Assembly: GCA_001724265.1 (NCBI GenBank)
Contig: MEDY01000186.1
Location: forward strand, 1-55,309
Direction: 5' to 3'
Source of the DNA: Rhizaria sp. SCN 62-66
Taxonomy: Eukaryota
DNA: 55,309 nt
The position numbers were made by a program, and so were the translations under genes. Below are positions 34,876 through 45,137 of this stretch, piece after piece (position 1 is the first letter of the stretch; each line of letters begins with the position of its first letter). The notes below the pieces were generated by a model, which worked only from the letters and a program-made list of their open reading frames with translations, ran no database searches and had not been told where the DNA came from.

Positions 34876-36316
34876 AGCCGTGGTAGCCGTACGTGTGCGA
34901 CTGTAACTGCGACTGGTACAGACGCCGCGCGTCCCTCGTCGCCGCCGCCGCAGAGGCGGAGGACGCCGCGGTGCCGGACTGGGGGCGCGCGACCGCGACG
35001 GAGACTGCGACGGCCGCGGCAGTCAGCGGGGACCCGCCCCAGTACTATGTGCCGAACGGGTCGTCACGGCTCCCCACGGTCACACCGCCGTCAGCGCCCC
35101 GTGGCGCGGTGGCAACGGGGCCGCCGGGCGTCGTCACAGCGGCACCCGGTGTATGTGTCAGCGCAGCTTGCTGGTGATACAGCGGGTGGTAGGGCGACGT
35201 CCGCAGCGGCGCAGAGGACGGGGTGAGTACCCCCTTAGACGGGGACGTCGTCGCCGACGGGTCCGCGGGCGCGGGCGGGGCGGGCGGAGGCGGCAGCGGC
35301 CGTGCCTCGGTTTTGCCACGTGAAGTCCCCTTTGTCGACGAAGACAGTGAAACAGAAAGACGCATCGACGGCGACTGCACCAGCTGCACTGGCGCACTGT
35401 CTTCCTCTTCGTCGTTCACATTCAACGTCGCATTGCGACTGCCGCCACTTCCACCGTCGTAATCGTCGATGTTGTCGTTGTAGTTGTTTTGCTCGCGAAG
35501 TTGCAGCGCGGCGTGCTGTGCCGCCAGAGGGTCGCCCTTCTCCTTCTGCACCGCACTCGCGTCCGCACTAACGCTCACAGTCGCGGGAACACCGGCGGCA
35601 CTGCTTGCGGTCTGTGCAATGTCGCGCTGCTGCTGAGCGCGAAGGGCGTCACGCGCGGCGCGCACTGGCGGTGACACTGACACCGCATCCGCTGCGGCGG
35701 CGACGACGTTATCCGCGGTCTTCGCGAGCGGAGGCGGCAAATTGCGGCCATGCGCCGCAGCAGCAGCAGCAGTAACAGGCGCCTTGGGCGCGGAGACTGC
35801 AACGGCAAGCGCGAGGAGCGCCGCGATGAGAGGCGTGCAGAGGTACAACACCTGGCTGTAGCGGCCAAGTACGTGCGCCCACCACGGCGCCGCCGCTGCC
35901 GGGGCCGCCGGCAACGCTTCCGGGGACTGCGCGCCGACAGGGGCGTCCGAGAGCCAGGCCAGCAGCGCGAGCGCGAGCGCGGCCTGGGTCGCGAGCGCGG
36001 CGGTGGCGAGGTATGCGACGCAAAGCGGCGAGCGTGAAAGGCAACGGCAGCGGCCGCGTAGGAGGGGCGCGTGCGAGATCACGTCTGAAGGGAAGGGCTG
36101 ATGCGCGGAGAAGAAGGTCGACGGAAGCGAGGATTCGAGTGGCGCGTCGGAGGAGACCGTTGAGGTCGAGCGAGGACGCGAGGGAGAGGAGGGCAGCAGC
36201 GAGGCCGACTCGCCGCTGCTGCTGCTGTGAGCGGGGGCCATGGTCGAGTAGTCGAAGTAGGCGGAGCGGAACGAAGGCTGCGCGGACTGCGCGCCGTAGT
36301 CCGAGCCGCCAAACAT
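30842..36316 (-). CDS. Large multi-pass membrane protein with CPBP/Abi (CAAX protease type II) motifs; in-frame TAG 35045-35047 (~1824 aa)
   Basis: ORFs 35045-36409 and 30842-34702 share a frame, and the 114 codons between them are stop-free. Motifs WEELAW, WLLWHLP and AAVLLHALHN correspond to CPBP EExxxR, FxxxH and HxxxN. First ATG at 36316. Ends TAA. Confidence 0.7.
34838..34873 (-). repeat. (GAC)12 microsatellite encoding poly-Asp
   Basis: (gtc)12 on +. Reads as D12 in the frame linking the two ORF halves. Confidence 0.9.
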
Positions 36317-37030
36317 TGAGGAGTGGTCCGAGCTTATCAGTGCTTGGTGTGCCAGAAAAATCCGTTTAGGGGTCGGTCTAGCTTGCTTAAAAGCAGAGGG
36401 CGGTTGCAAGGATGATGTGAGATGACACGTCGGTAAACATCAGTTGCCCAGTGAAAGCAACGTAAAATGCAATATAGCAAATAATATGAAGTGGAGATCG
36501 GTCGGGTTCAGCTGTTGATAACATGAATACAGTGGCACAGTTGCTTTATCAAAAGATATGCCGAGATTCATCAACCGCTGTCGCTCGTTCTCGGCTTCTG
36601 CTTGTCGGGCCAGTCTGGTGGGGCTGGGGGGGGTCCTCAAGAATCCGAACATGATCTCCCCCAAACGATCGTCACTTGGCTGCTGCTTGTGGTATGTTAG
36701 TCATGCAATGTTTGGAACATACGTAGTTTAAGTGTGCATCTACCTGAGTTGATCTTGGTCCTACTGGCCCCTCTCTTAATTCAACGTGCTGCTGAGTACA
36801 CAACGATGCATTCAATTTCATGGAACAAGTCGACGTAATCGCAAGACAAAGTTGGGACGCGTTTTATCAATCAAAGCATTCTTTTACAGATGACGCCGCT
36901 CTTGATTTCTTTGTATTTTGCTCTCCAGCCTCAGTAGACCTAGCGTGTTCAACTTCCTCACAGCTCATCGCAGTAACCGTTGCTGACTTCGTAAACACAG
37001 CGTGCTCTCCACGCCCCGTCCGCCCGCGCC

Positions 37031-40000
37031 ATGGACCTCTCCCTGGACGTGGTCCACGTGACGGACTTTCCACTCCCGCTAACGCTCACTTCCTTGATCG
37101 ATTCTGTGGGCAGCACCTACTCCATCGCTCGCGCGCCCGTCACCACGTCCTCGTCCTCGGTCCCCGGCTCCGCCGCCGCGGGCCCCGCGTCCGCGGCGGC
37201 GTCACTCTCGAGCACGGCGCTGCTGGACGCCGGCGCCCGCGCGCGCCGCCGCCGCCTGGCACCTGTGCCGACGACGCACCTCATCTTGCCCCCGCGCGGC
37301 ACTCCCTACCACTCCCCCGCGTCGTCCTCGTCCTCTTCTTCCTCAGCAGCCTTCCCCGGCGCCGGCGCGGGCCCCCAGCCTTTTTCCTCCACGGCCTCCG
37401 TCGCCGCCGGTCTGGCAGGCTGTCCCGTGCTTGTCGGTCGCTCTGACGGCTCTATCGTGCTCATCCCTCCCGCCGCGCTCGCAGCACACGCCGCCTACCA
37501 GCGCCGCCGCCAAACCCACAGCCACACCAGCGCCGGCAGCGCCGGCAGCGCGGTCAGTGGAGCTGCCCCCATGCCCCCGCCGCCGCCTCCGCCGCCACCA
37601 CCAGTGGTTTTTGTGCTCCGCGGCCACCACGGGCCTGTGTTTTCCCTCGCATACGCGCCCGACCTCGGCCCCTCTGCGCCGCCAGCTGCCCACGCGCCCC
37701 ACGCCAACCGCGTCAACGGCAGCAGTAGCAGCGGCAGCAGCGGCAGCGGCAGCGGGTCTGCATCCGCGGCGCTGGGCGCGACGCGCGGCGCGGGCGGGCT
37801 CGTCGCCGGTGTGCTGTCATCGTCCGACCCTCTGTCCCGGTACACGCACGCCTTCTCGCTCTCCACCACGGCGGGCGCGCCCACTGCGGCCGCGGCGGCG
37901 GGGGCGGCGGCGGCGGCCAGCGCGGCGGCGGGCACCCCGGGCGCTGCAGCGGCAGCCGCAGCCGCAGCGGCTGCGGCGGCCGTGGATGCCGGCGCCGACC
38001 CAGGTTTGTTCTCCTCCTCATCCTCATCTTCATCAACTGGCGGCGGCGGCGGAGGCGGTGTCAGTGGCTCGGGGTGGGGGTTAGTCCTCTCGTGCGCCGC
38101 TGATCGTACTGTGCGCGTCTGGGATATCACGCCGTTGCTCAACATGCCTCTTGCGGCTGCCACGGCCGCGGCCACAGCGGCGGCCGCGGCAGCTGCGGCC
38201 ACCTCCTCCGGCAGTTCAGGCTCAGGTTCAGGTGGTTTGAGCTCGGGCACCAGCGGTAGCTTTGCTCTACGTGGTGGCAGCGGCTTTGCTGGCGTAACTG
38301 GCGCGATTCGGGCCGGCCGCAACGCTCTCAGCTGCGCGCTCGGCGGCGCCGCGACGCCCGCCGTCTTGGCCGCGGACGCTGACCCCAGCACTTGCGTGCA
38401 GACCCTCGTCGGCCACTCGGGCGCCGTGGTTGCAATGAGCTACATCCCCGCCTCGTCGGTGCTGTCCTCGGCCGGCGCGGCGACGGCTGCAGCCGCCTCG
38501 GGCGCGGGCGGCGCCGCGGCGGCCGGACTGGCGGCGACCGCGCTGCTCGTCACGTGCAGCACAGACGGTAGCAGCATCCTCTGGGCGCCCGTCCCGCCCA
38601 CGCTGCGGGGGCCGATGCTGTACCCCTGGTTCTCGCCGCTGCAAACGCTGCAACACGCCGCCGCCTTGCCCGCCGCGACTGCGACGACGACGCCCGCTAA
38701 ATCAGCCGCCGCAGCCGCTGGCAAGGCCGGCACGATTACTGTGTCCGGCGCCAGTGGCAGCAAAGGCGGGAGCGCCGCCGGGCCGTCGCCGCTGTGGTGT
38801 TTCCCCGCGGCTGTCGCGCCGGCGTGGCTTGTGTCGGCCACCCCGCCCCCGACGCTGCCGCCTGCGCTGGCCGCCGCCGCCGCGGCCACCGCAACGGCCC
38901 CGCAGCCGCTGCCCGCGCCTCAGTTGTCGTTCTACCTCGGCGACTCGACGGGGCTTGTTTCGCTCGTGACGGCGACGGTGCAGTGGGCGCGCGAGCGTCT
39001 CGTCTTCGCCAACTCGATCCACGCGCGTGGGAGCAACAACCTCCCTGGCGGTGCCGGAGTCGGGGCAAGCGGCGGACTGACTGCGGACGGCGCGGCGGCC
39101 GGCGCGGCGGCGCGGCACTGGGAGGGCGGTGCGCTGCCGGTCACCCGCCTCCTCGCCGCGCCCGCGCCCGCGCCAGTGATCACCACGTCAGGCACCGTGT
39201 CCGGCGCTGCATTGGCTGGCGCGAGCCCGCCTGGCGGCGGCGACAAGGCCGACGCCGACTCTACCAGCCCCGGCAGCGCTGGCGGCAGCACTGGCGGCGG
39301 CTCTGGCGGCGGCGGCGGTGCGGTGAGCGCGGGACTGGGCGCGTGGCTGCCCTCGCTCGCCTTCGCGCTGCCGCCGTGCGCCGGCGGCGTGCGGCGGCTG
39401 CACGCGCTGGGCGTCGCGTCGATCCTCGCTTTCCCGGAGCACGGAGTGTTCGTCTCCCTCTCGTTCGACCGGACATGCGTTGTGCGCTCGCTCGCAGTCT
39501 CCATTCCGTCCCCCGCCTCCTCGGCGTCCTCCGCGTCCGCATCCACAGCCGCTGCGGCGGCGGGACTGCTGGCGGGCACGGGCCGCGCGGGCCGTACGCC
39601 GCGGACCGGCCCCACGGGACTCGTGGGCGGCCAGGTGCTACTGACCGTGAGCAACCCTCTAAGGTGCCGCTACACCGCTGCCACTATCGTCACGTGCACC
39701 ACTCCAGCCTCCTCCTCCTCGTCATCGTCGTCTGCGTCCTCGTCTTCTGGGGGCAACGGTACCGGTGGCGGACTGGGCGTGCCGCTGCTGCTGCTTGGCG
39801 ACGAGCGCGGGTCCCTGCAGGCGTGGGACCTGGGCCGCGAAGAGTGCCTCTGGGCGTGCTCCATTGCCCCGCTCCTCGCGCCCGCACACGCCAGCGCCAG
39901 CGCGACCGCCGCCGCGGCCGCCGCATCGGGAGCAGCGCGGTCCGTCGTCGCCGCGTCCTCGGGTGCGGCCGGCGCGGGCGCGGGGGTCAGGCTCGTTGAC

Positions 40001-43000
40001 GCATCGCGCCCCGCCGCTGCCGCCGCGCCCGCCACCCGCGGCGCCCGCGGCCGCAAGTCCGACCCGTCGTCCTCATCCAGCAGCAGTGGCGGCCGCGAGG
40101 TCATCGTTGCCGACGCACCCCCGATCCTGCATCTCTCCACCGCCCCCGCGCGCTCCGGCGGCGGCCACCTCGTTCTCGCCACCGTCGGCCCCCGCCCCTC
40201 CGCGGCAGCGGCGGGCGGCGCGGCCGCGGCTGCGGGCGGTGGCGGCGTCGTTGTGCTCGCTGCGCGGCTACTGCCGCGGCCGCAGCGGCTGTCGGGCCAC
40301 CGCGACGCCGTCATCGCGCTTGCTCGGCTAGTCACACCCTCATTCAACTATCTCTCGGTTCTTGCCGCAGCCGCAGCCGCGGGCACGCGGGCCGTCACCG
40401 CGAGCGCGAGCGCGAGTTGCGGTAGCGGTGGCCACGGAGGACGCCGGGCCCGCGCCAGCGCCAGCGCCAGTGCCAGCGTCGCGCCGCATGAGGACGACGA
40501 CGAAGAGGCCGCTGCGAGCGAGCGCCGGCTCACCACGACAGCTGCTGCGGCGGCGGCGGCTGCAGCGGCGAGCAGTGCCATCGCGGCTACTGGCACGGGG
40601 TCCGCGGTCGAAGTAGCGCTCTGCTCGGCCTCGTTCGACGGCACAGTGCGCGTGTGGGACCCCGCCGACCACGCGTGTCTGGGCGCTATTGTCGTGCGAC
40701 CGCGCACGGGCCATGCGCCTGTCGCGGCCCCCGCGGCGGGCGGCGGCGGCGGCGGCGCGCGCGGCGCGGCGGCGGGCGGCGGCGCGGGGGCCATTGCGCC
40801 GAGCACGCTCACGCTGGGGTTGCTGCGCGCCTTCCTCACTTCGCCCGGGCCCGCGCAGGCCGCCGCCGCCGCCGCCGGAGGTGGTGGTGGCAACAGCAGC
40901 AACGGCAGCAGCGGTGGCGGCGGCGGCGGCGGCGGCAACGGCGGTGACGTGGCCGAGGGCGGCGCGGGCGTGGGCTCGTTCTCGCTCCGCCTGGCCCCGC
41001 CAACCGCGGACGATAACGAGGTGCAGTGCCTCGCCGCGCTGCCCCTCTCGCCGCTTCTGGTGACCGGCCACGCCAACGGGCACGTGCGCGTGTGGCACGC
41101 CGAGTCGGGCGCCTCGCGTGCCGTCGCGGCCCACGCCAACACCGTCACGGCGATGGCCGTGCTGCCGTCGCTCGCGTCGGCGCACGCTGAAGCCACCGCC
41201 GAGGCCGTCGCCGCGGCGTGGGCAACGGCGGCGGCCGCGGGCGCCGGCGCGGGCCCGCTGCGCGCGCGGCTGCCGGCCGCGGCCGCACTGCACGCGCGCA
41301 TCGCGAGCATGGCGGCGACGTCCGGGGTCGCCATGGCCGCGCTCGCCAAAGACACGCTCGCGCTGACGACCGCCGCGGCGGCGCCTGCTGCTGCTGCTGC
41401 CGCGGCTGCCGCGACTGCCGCGGCGTCCTCCGCCTCGACGACCACGACTGCGAGCGCGACAACGGGTCCTAGCGCCGGTGTCGCGCTGTCGCAGTGGCAG
41501 GCGAGCGTGAGCGGCTCGATGCACGGTGACTTGCTGCTCACCGTCTCCCACGACGGTTTGCTTGCCGTGTGGGCCATGCAGCCGCCGCCGCAGCCGACGG
41601 CCCCGATCTCGGCCTCCGCCCCGGGCCTCAGCACGCAGCAGCAGCAGCAGCAGCAGCAGGGGCGCGGTCGCGTGCTTGGGCTGACCCGACTCGCGGCCGC
41701 GGCTGCGGGCGGCGGCAGCGGCGGCAGCGGACACGGCCGGCTCGTCATCGGCCGCCCGACCGCGGTCACCGTCGCCGTCCCCGCGCTCACTGTTGCCGCC
41801 ACGGGTGCCACCGGTGCACTTCCGCAGACCGGCACCGGCACTGGCTCCAGTACGGGCGCAGGCAGTCACGCGGCCCGCAACCGCGCGCGATATGACGACG
41901 GCGAGTTCGGTGGCCCCGCGAGCACTGAGACTGAGCGCCGCGTCGCAGTCACGGTGACGGCGCGCGCACCAGAGCTGTGCGTGCGAGTCGCGGCGGAGAA
42001 CGTACTCTGCGTTGCGACGTGGCAGCGGTCCAACTGGCTCGGCTGGGGACTCGATGTTGAGAACGCACACGCGATTGCGACATCCGCCGCCGCAGCCGCC
42101 GCGGTCACCGGCGGTTCTGCCGATACCTCCGCCACTGCCACCGCCGCGGCCTCTGCGTCTGCAGCGGCGGCCCGGTCGCGCGCGCGCGCCGACGGCAGCG
42201 CAAGCGCGTTTAGCCCGTCATCCCGCCGCAGCGGCGGCCGCAGCGGCGCGCGCGCGTTCGGCTCAGCGTCCGCGGCAACGGCAGCGGCCGGGGGACGGGA
42301 CCTGCCGTCGTGGGAAGGCTGGGTCGCGACAGGCTGCGGCGCTGGCGTGCTCACCGTCTTCTCCCTCCGCGCGCAAGCTGCGATCGCACGGTTGAACCTT
42401 GCCGCCGCGCTGTCGGAGGTGGCGCTCATCGCGCTGCCCGCCGCCGCGCCCGGCGCGCTCCCACTCGGCGCACAGTCGCTCGCACTCGCGGTGGCCGCTG
42501 ACTGCGGTGGCGCGAACAGCAAACGGGGCAGCAACGTGACTGGACTGCGAGTGCGGATCGTCCAGGCGCAGCGCCTGCTGACCGCGGACGCTGCCGCCGA
42601 CGCCGACGCCGCCGCTGCCGTACAGGCCGAGGCTACCGCGGCGACGACGGCGGCGGCAGCTATGTTCGGCTTCGACGCCGAGGCTGGAGCGGACCCGGCG
42701 CGGGCTTCGCTCGCCGTCACCGCGGTCGCCGCCGATGGGTACATAATCCTGGCAGGCACGTCCCGCGGCGCGCTTGTCGCCGTCGACGCGCTCTCGCGCC
42801 GCGCGGTGTCCTGGGCGCTGCCGCAGGCGCTGTTGTTGTCGCCCGCTGACTATGCCACGCACGCGCAGTCATATACTGGCTACCACAGCGGGTCCGGCGC
42901 CGCCAGTGCCACCGCAGCTTCCACGGCGCCTGTTTCGGTCGCGACGGCGACAGCGGTGTCTGCGGCCGCGTTGGCGAGTCTGCTGCACGAGAGCACCGGC

Positions 43001-43612
43001 GCCGACGCCGGCTCCGAGGTCACCGGGCTCGCGTTGGTTCCAGCGGCCCTGGGTGCGCGCGCGGCGGGGCTGGCGGTCGCGAGTCTCCGGGACGGCCGCG
43101 TCGTCGTGTGGGATTACACCGCTGCGCGCGTGCTGCGTGTCGTCGACTACAACTGCTCGGATGCAGCGGTCACTCTCGCGGCCGCGGATGGCCGCAGCGG
43201 CGGCGGGGACGCGGGTGCGCAGCAACAGCAGCAGCAGCAGCAGCAGAGTGCTGGCGGACGGTGGACGTGGACCGGCGTCTCCATCTGCCAGTGGGCGCGC
43301 GCCGTCTTCCTCTCGGCTGAGAGCGGTGATGTTGCTGTTGTTGACATCGCCACTCTTGTGCCTGCGGAGCTGTTGTCGTCGGGCGCTGCAGTCGTCACCG
43401 CTGCGCCAGCGATGTCTGCAGTGCCAGGCGCTGTTTCAATGACTGCGGGCGCATTTGTCGCACGGAATGACGAAGAGCGCGCTTGTGAGATGGCCGAGAT
43501 GGAGGAGATGACTGCGGCGCTGGCGGAACTGGTGAAGAAAACGGAGCGAGAGCTGGCGGTGCTCGAGAGTAGCTCTACAAGTGTTCTGAAGCATGTGACC
43601 ATTGCTGTTTAA
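37031..43612 (+). CDS. WD40-repeat protein, 2193 aa, with long Ala/Gly/Ser insertions
   Basis: LRGHHGPVFSLAY, LSCAADRTVRVWD, LVGHSGAVVAM, LVTCSTDGSSILW, LSGHRDAVIAL, SASFDGTVRVWD, LVTGHANGHVRVWH, ASLRDGRVVVWD. Ends TAA. Confidence 0.88.
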   Translation: MDLSLDVVHVTDFPLPLTLTSLIDSVGSTYSIARAPVTTSSSSVPGSAAAGPASAAASLSSTALLDAGARARRRRLAPVPTTHLILPPRGTPYHSPASSSSSSSSAAFPGAGAGPQPFSSTASVAAGLAGCPVLVGRSDGSIVLIPPAALAAHAAYQRRRQTHSHTSAGSAGSAVSGAAPMPPPPPPPPPPVVFVLRGHHGPVFSLAYAPDLGPSAPPAAHAPHANRVNGSSSSGSSGSGSGSASAALGATRGAGGLVAGVLSSSDPLSRYTHAFSLSTTAGAPTAAAAAGAAAAASAAAGTPGAAAAAAAAAAAAAVDAGADPGLFSSSSSSSSTGGGGGGGVSGSGWGLVLSCAADRTVRVWDITPLLNMPLAAATAAATAAAAAAAATSSGSSGSGSGGLSSGTSGSFALRGGSGFAGVTGAIRAGRNALSCALGGAATPAVLAADADPSTCVQTLVGHSGAVVAMSYIPASSVLSSAGAATAAAASGAGGAAAAGLAATALLVTCSTDGSSILWAPVPPTLRGPMLYPWFSPLQTLQHAAALPAATATTTPAKSAAAAAGKAGTITVSGASGSKGGSAAGPSPLWCFPAAVAPAWLVSATPPPTLPPALAAAAAATATAPQPLPAPQLSFYLGDSTGLVSLVTATVQWARERLVFANSIHARGSNNLPGGAGVGASGGLTADGAAAGAAARHWEGGALPVTRLLAAPAPAPVITTSGTVSGAALAGASPPGGGDKADADSTSPGSAGGSTGGGSGGGGGAVSAGLGAWLPSLAFALPPCAGGVRRLHALGVASILAFPEHGVFVSLSFDRTCVVRSLAVSIPSPASSASSASASTAAAAAGLLAGTGRAGRTPRTGPTGLVGGQVLLTVSNPLRCRYTAATIVTCTTPASSSSSSSSASSSSGGNGTGGGLGVPLLLLGDERGSLQAWDLGREECLWACSIAPLLAPAHASASATAAAAAASGAARSVVAASSGAAGAGAGVRLVDASRPAAAAAPATRGARGRKSDPSSSSSSSGGREVIVADAPPILHLSTAPARSGGGHLVLATVGPRPSAAAAGGAAAAAGGGGVVVLAARLLPRPQRLSGHRDAVIALARLVTPSFNYLSVLAAAAAAGTRAVTASASASCGSGGHGGRRARASASASASVAPHEDDDEEAAASERRLTTTAAAAAAAAAASSAIAATGTGSAVEVALCSASFDGTVRVWDPADHACLGAIVVRPRTGHAPVAAPAAGGGGGGARGAAAGGGAGAIAPSTLTLGLLRAFLTSPGPAQAAAAAAGGGGGNSSNGSSGGGGGGGGNGGDVAEGGAGVGSFSLRLAPPTADDNEVQCLAALPLSPLLVTGHANGHVRVWHAESGASRAVAAHANTVTAMAVLPSLASAHAEATAEAVAAAWATAAAAGAGAGPLRARLPAAAALHARIASMAATSGVAMAALAKDTLALTTAAAAPAAAAAAAAATAAASSASTTTTASATTGPSAGVALSQWQASVSGSMHGDLLLTVSHDGLLAVWAMQPPPQPTAPISASAPGLSTQQQQQQQQGRGRVLGLTRLAAAAAGGGSGGSGHGRLVIGRPTAVTVAVPALTVAATGATGALPQTGTGTGSSTGAGSHAARNRARYDDGEFGGPASTETERRVAVTVTARAPELCVRVAAENVLCVATWQRSNWLGWGLDVENAHAIATSAAAAAAVTGGSADTSATATAAASASAAAARSRARADGSASAFSPSSRRSGGRSGARAFGSASAATAAAGGRDLPSWEGWVATGCGAGVLTVFSLRAQAAIARLNLAAALSEVALIALPAAAPGALPLGAQSLALAVAADCGGANSKRGSNVTGLRVRIVQAQRLLTADAAADADAAAAVQAEATAATTAAAAMFGFDAEAGADPARASLAVTAVAADGYIILAGTSRGALVAVDALSRRAVSWALPQALLLSPADYATHAQSYTGYHSGSGAASATAASTAPVSVATATAVSAAALASLLHESTGADAGSEVTGLALVPAALGARAAGLAVASLRDGRVVVWDYTAARVLRVVDYNCSDAAVTLAAADGRSGGGDAGAQQQQQQQQQSAGGRWTWTGVSICQWARAVFLSAESGDVAVVDIATLVPAELLSSGAAVVTAAPAMSAVPGAVSMTAGAFVARNDEERACEMAEMEEMTAALAELVKKTERELAVLESSSTSVLKHVTIAV

Positions 43613-43950
43613 ATCAAGTATTACGAGTTAAAGACAAATCGAACGTTACATATTGCAAACAACCCATACAATATATAGTATTATATTCCTGTGCTGCGAT
43701 CAATGTTGGTTTTTCATTCAAACTTATCTTGAACATGCCAGAATTTCATTTTTAACGTAACCTCACGTCTGAGGATGGTGGACTGGAGCGCTTAAAGAAA
43801 TGTGTTGTTTCCGCTACAGCGATCGTCAATTGGACTGTTTGTTTGTGGATTATAATTTTGTGTAATTTTGCATATTTTATGTTAATTAAATTTCATGAGC
43901 TAACATTTTATACTGTCTACCAACCTTGTTTTGATCCTGTAGTCGCACCT

Positions 43951-44634
43951 ATGCCCGCAGAGCCGACACCTGAAGAGATTGAGCAATGCCGACCGGAGGA
44001 CATTGTCTACGAGACCTACAAATGCGAGGAAGAACTTGCCGAGCTCACTGCTCTTGTTGACAAGGAACTTTCCGAGCCTTATTCCGTCTTCACGTACCGC
44101 TTCTTCGTCAACTACTGGCCCAAGCTGACGATCATCGCGCGCTTTAAGGGCGTTGCCGTGGGTGTCATCATGGCTAAGATCGAGCCCGACATCAAGAACC
44201 GCCGCCGTGGGTACATCGGCATGCTTGTCGTTGACCCCCGCTACCGCGGCAAGCGCATCGGCACCAACCTGGCGCGTCTGGAGATCGTCTCGATGCAGCA
44301 GCAGGGCGCTGACCTCATCGTGCTCGAGACCGAGTGTACCAACCACACCGCGCTCAAGCTCTACGAGCAGCTGGGCTTCGTGCGCTCCAAGCAGCTCAAC
44401 GCCTACTACATGAACGGTGCGAGCGCGTACCGGCTCAAGTTCTGGTGCCGCCACTACCCCGGACTAGGCGCGGACGGCGACTATGTGGAGGAAGACGAGG
44501 CGCGTACTGCCGCCGAAGCCGCTGCCACTCTGACCGCCAGCGCCGCCGCCGCCGCTACCGCGGCGACTGTCACGGACACGCATATGGCGCAGGATGCCAC
44601 CGCGGTCGCTGCGGAGCCCGAGGCTGCTAAGTGA
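43951..44634 (+). CDS. NAA30: N-alpha-acetyltransferase 30 (NatC catalytic subunit, Mak3)
   Basis: LVDKELSEPYSVFTYRFFVNYWP, RGYIGMLVVDPRYRGKRIG, IVLETECTN..ALKLYEQLGFVR.K.L.AYYMNG.SAYRLK. ATG 43951. Ends TGA. Confidence 0.95.
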   Translation: MPAEPTPEEIEQCRPEDIVYETYKCEEELAELTALVDKELSEPYSVFTYRFFVNYWPKLTIIARFKGVAVGVIMAKIEPDIKNRRRGYIGMLVVDPRYRGKRIGTNLARLEIVSMQQQGADLIVLETECTNHTALKLYEQLGFVRSKQLNAYYMNGASAYRLKFWCRHYPGLGADGDYVEEDEARTAAEAAATLTASAAAAATAATVTDTHMAQDATAVAAEPEAAK

Positions 44635-45137
44635 ATGTCAGCTGCATTCTCCGTATGCTGTTGAAACTGTGTGCTTGATGAGGTATGTTCCAAGTCTAAT
44701 CAGAGTATATATTTTCTGCATGTGGACTGTATTACTCTGTCTGGCCAATCGAGCGCTGGTGTTATTAACGTGAGTATGATTTATCTGGGTTGCTTGCATG
44801 ACAAAACAACAAACATGCGCAATGTTTCTTGCATCAGTGCTGTGCACATGAGCTTAACACAAACGCGAACCAAGGAAATACATTACACTCTAAACCTACT
44901 ATTATGTTCACAAAATATATGTATAACACACAGTCACACGACAGTTCCACGATATAGTAAGGGGTACTTGTAATAAGAAGAGATAGTGAGGCTTAAAAGA
45001 AAAATGACTTTTCTCGTCGCCTTCGCGCAACGCAAAGCGAGAGGTGATAAGAATGACAATCTTAACAGAGATTAAAAAAAAAAGACAAAAATGAAAACAT
45101 GCACATGCATGAACAGATAGCGCTAAGAGTCGCTATC

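Noticed and set aside
28015-36650. TTGAG(A/G)ACCC(C)n motif at ~28020 (+) and ~36640 (-) as possible terminal inverted repeats
   Set aside because: The similarity is short and mostly a C run, with no target-site duplication or transposase.
43930-43953. AG acceptor-like sites shortly before several ATGs (NAA30, DPY30, ABCG), suggesting spliced-leader trans-splicing
   Set aside because: Candidate cis donors exist for DPY30 (GTGCGT, 9296) and ABCG, and genes are on mixed strands. It cannot be supported without transcript 5' ends.
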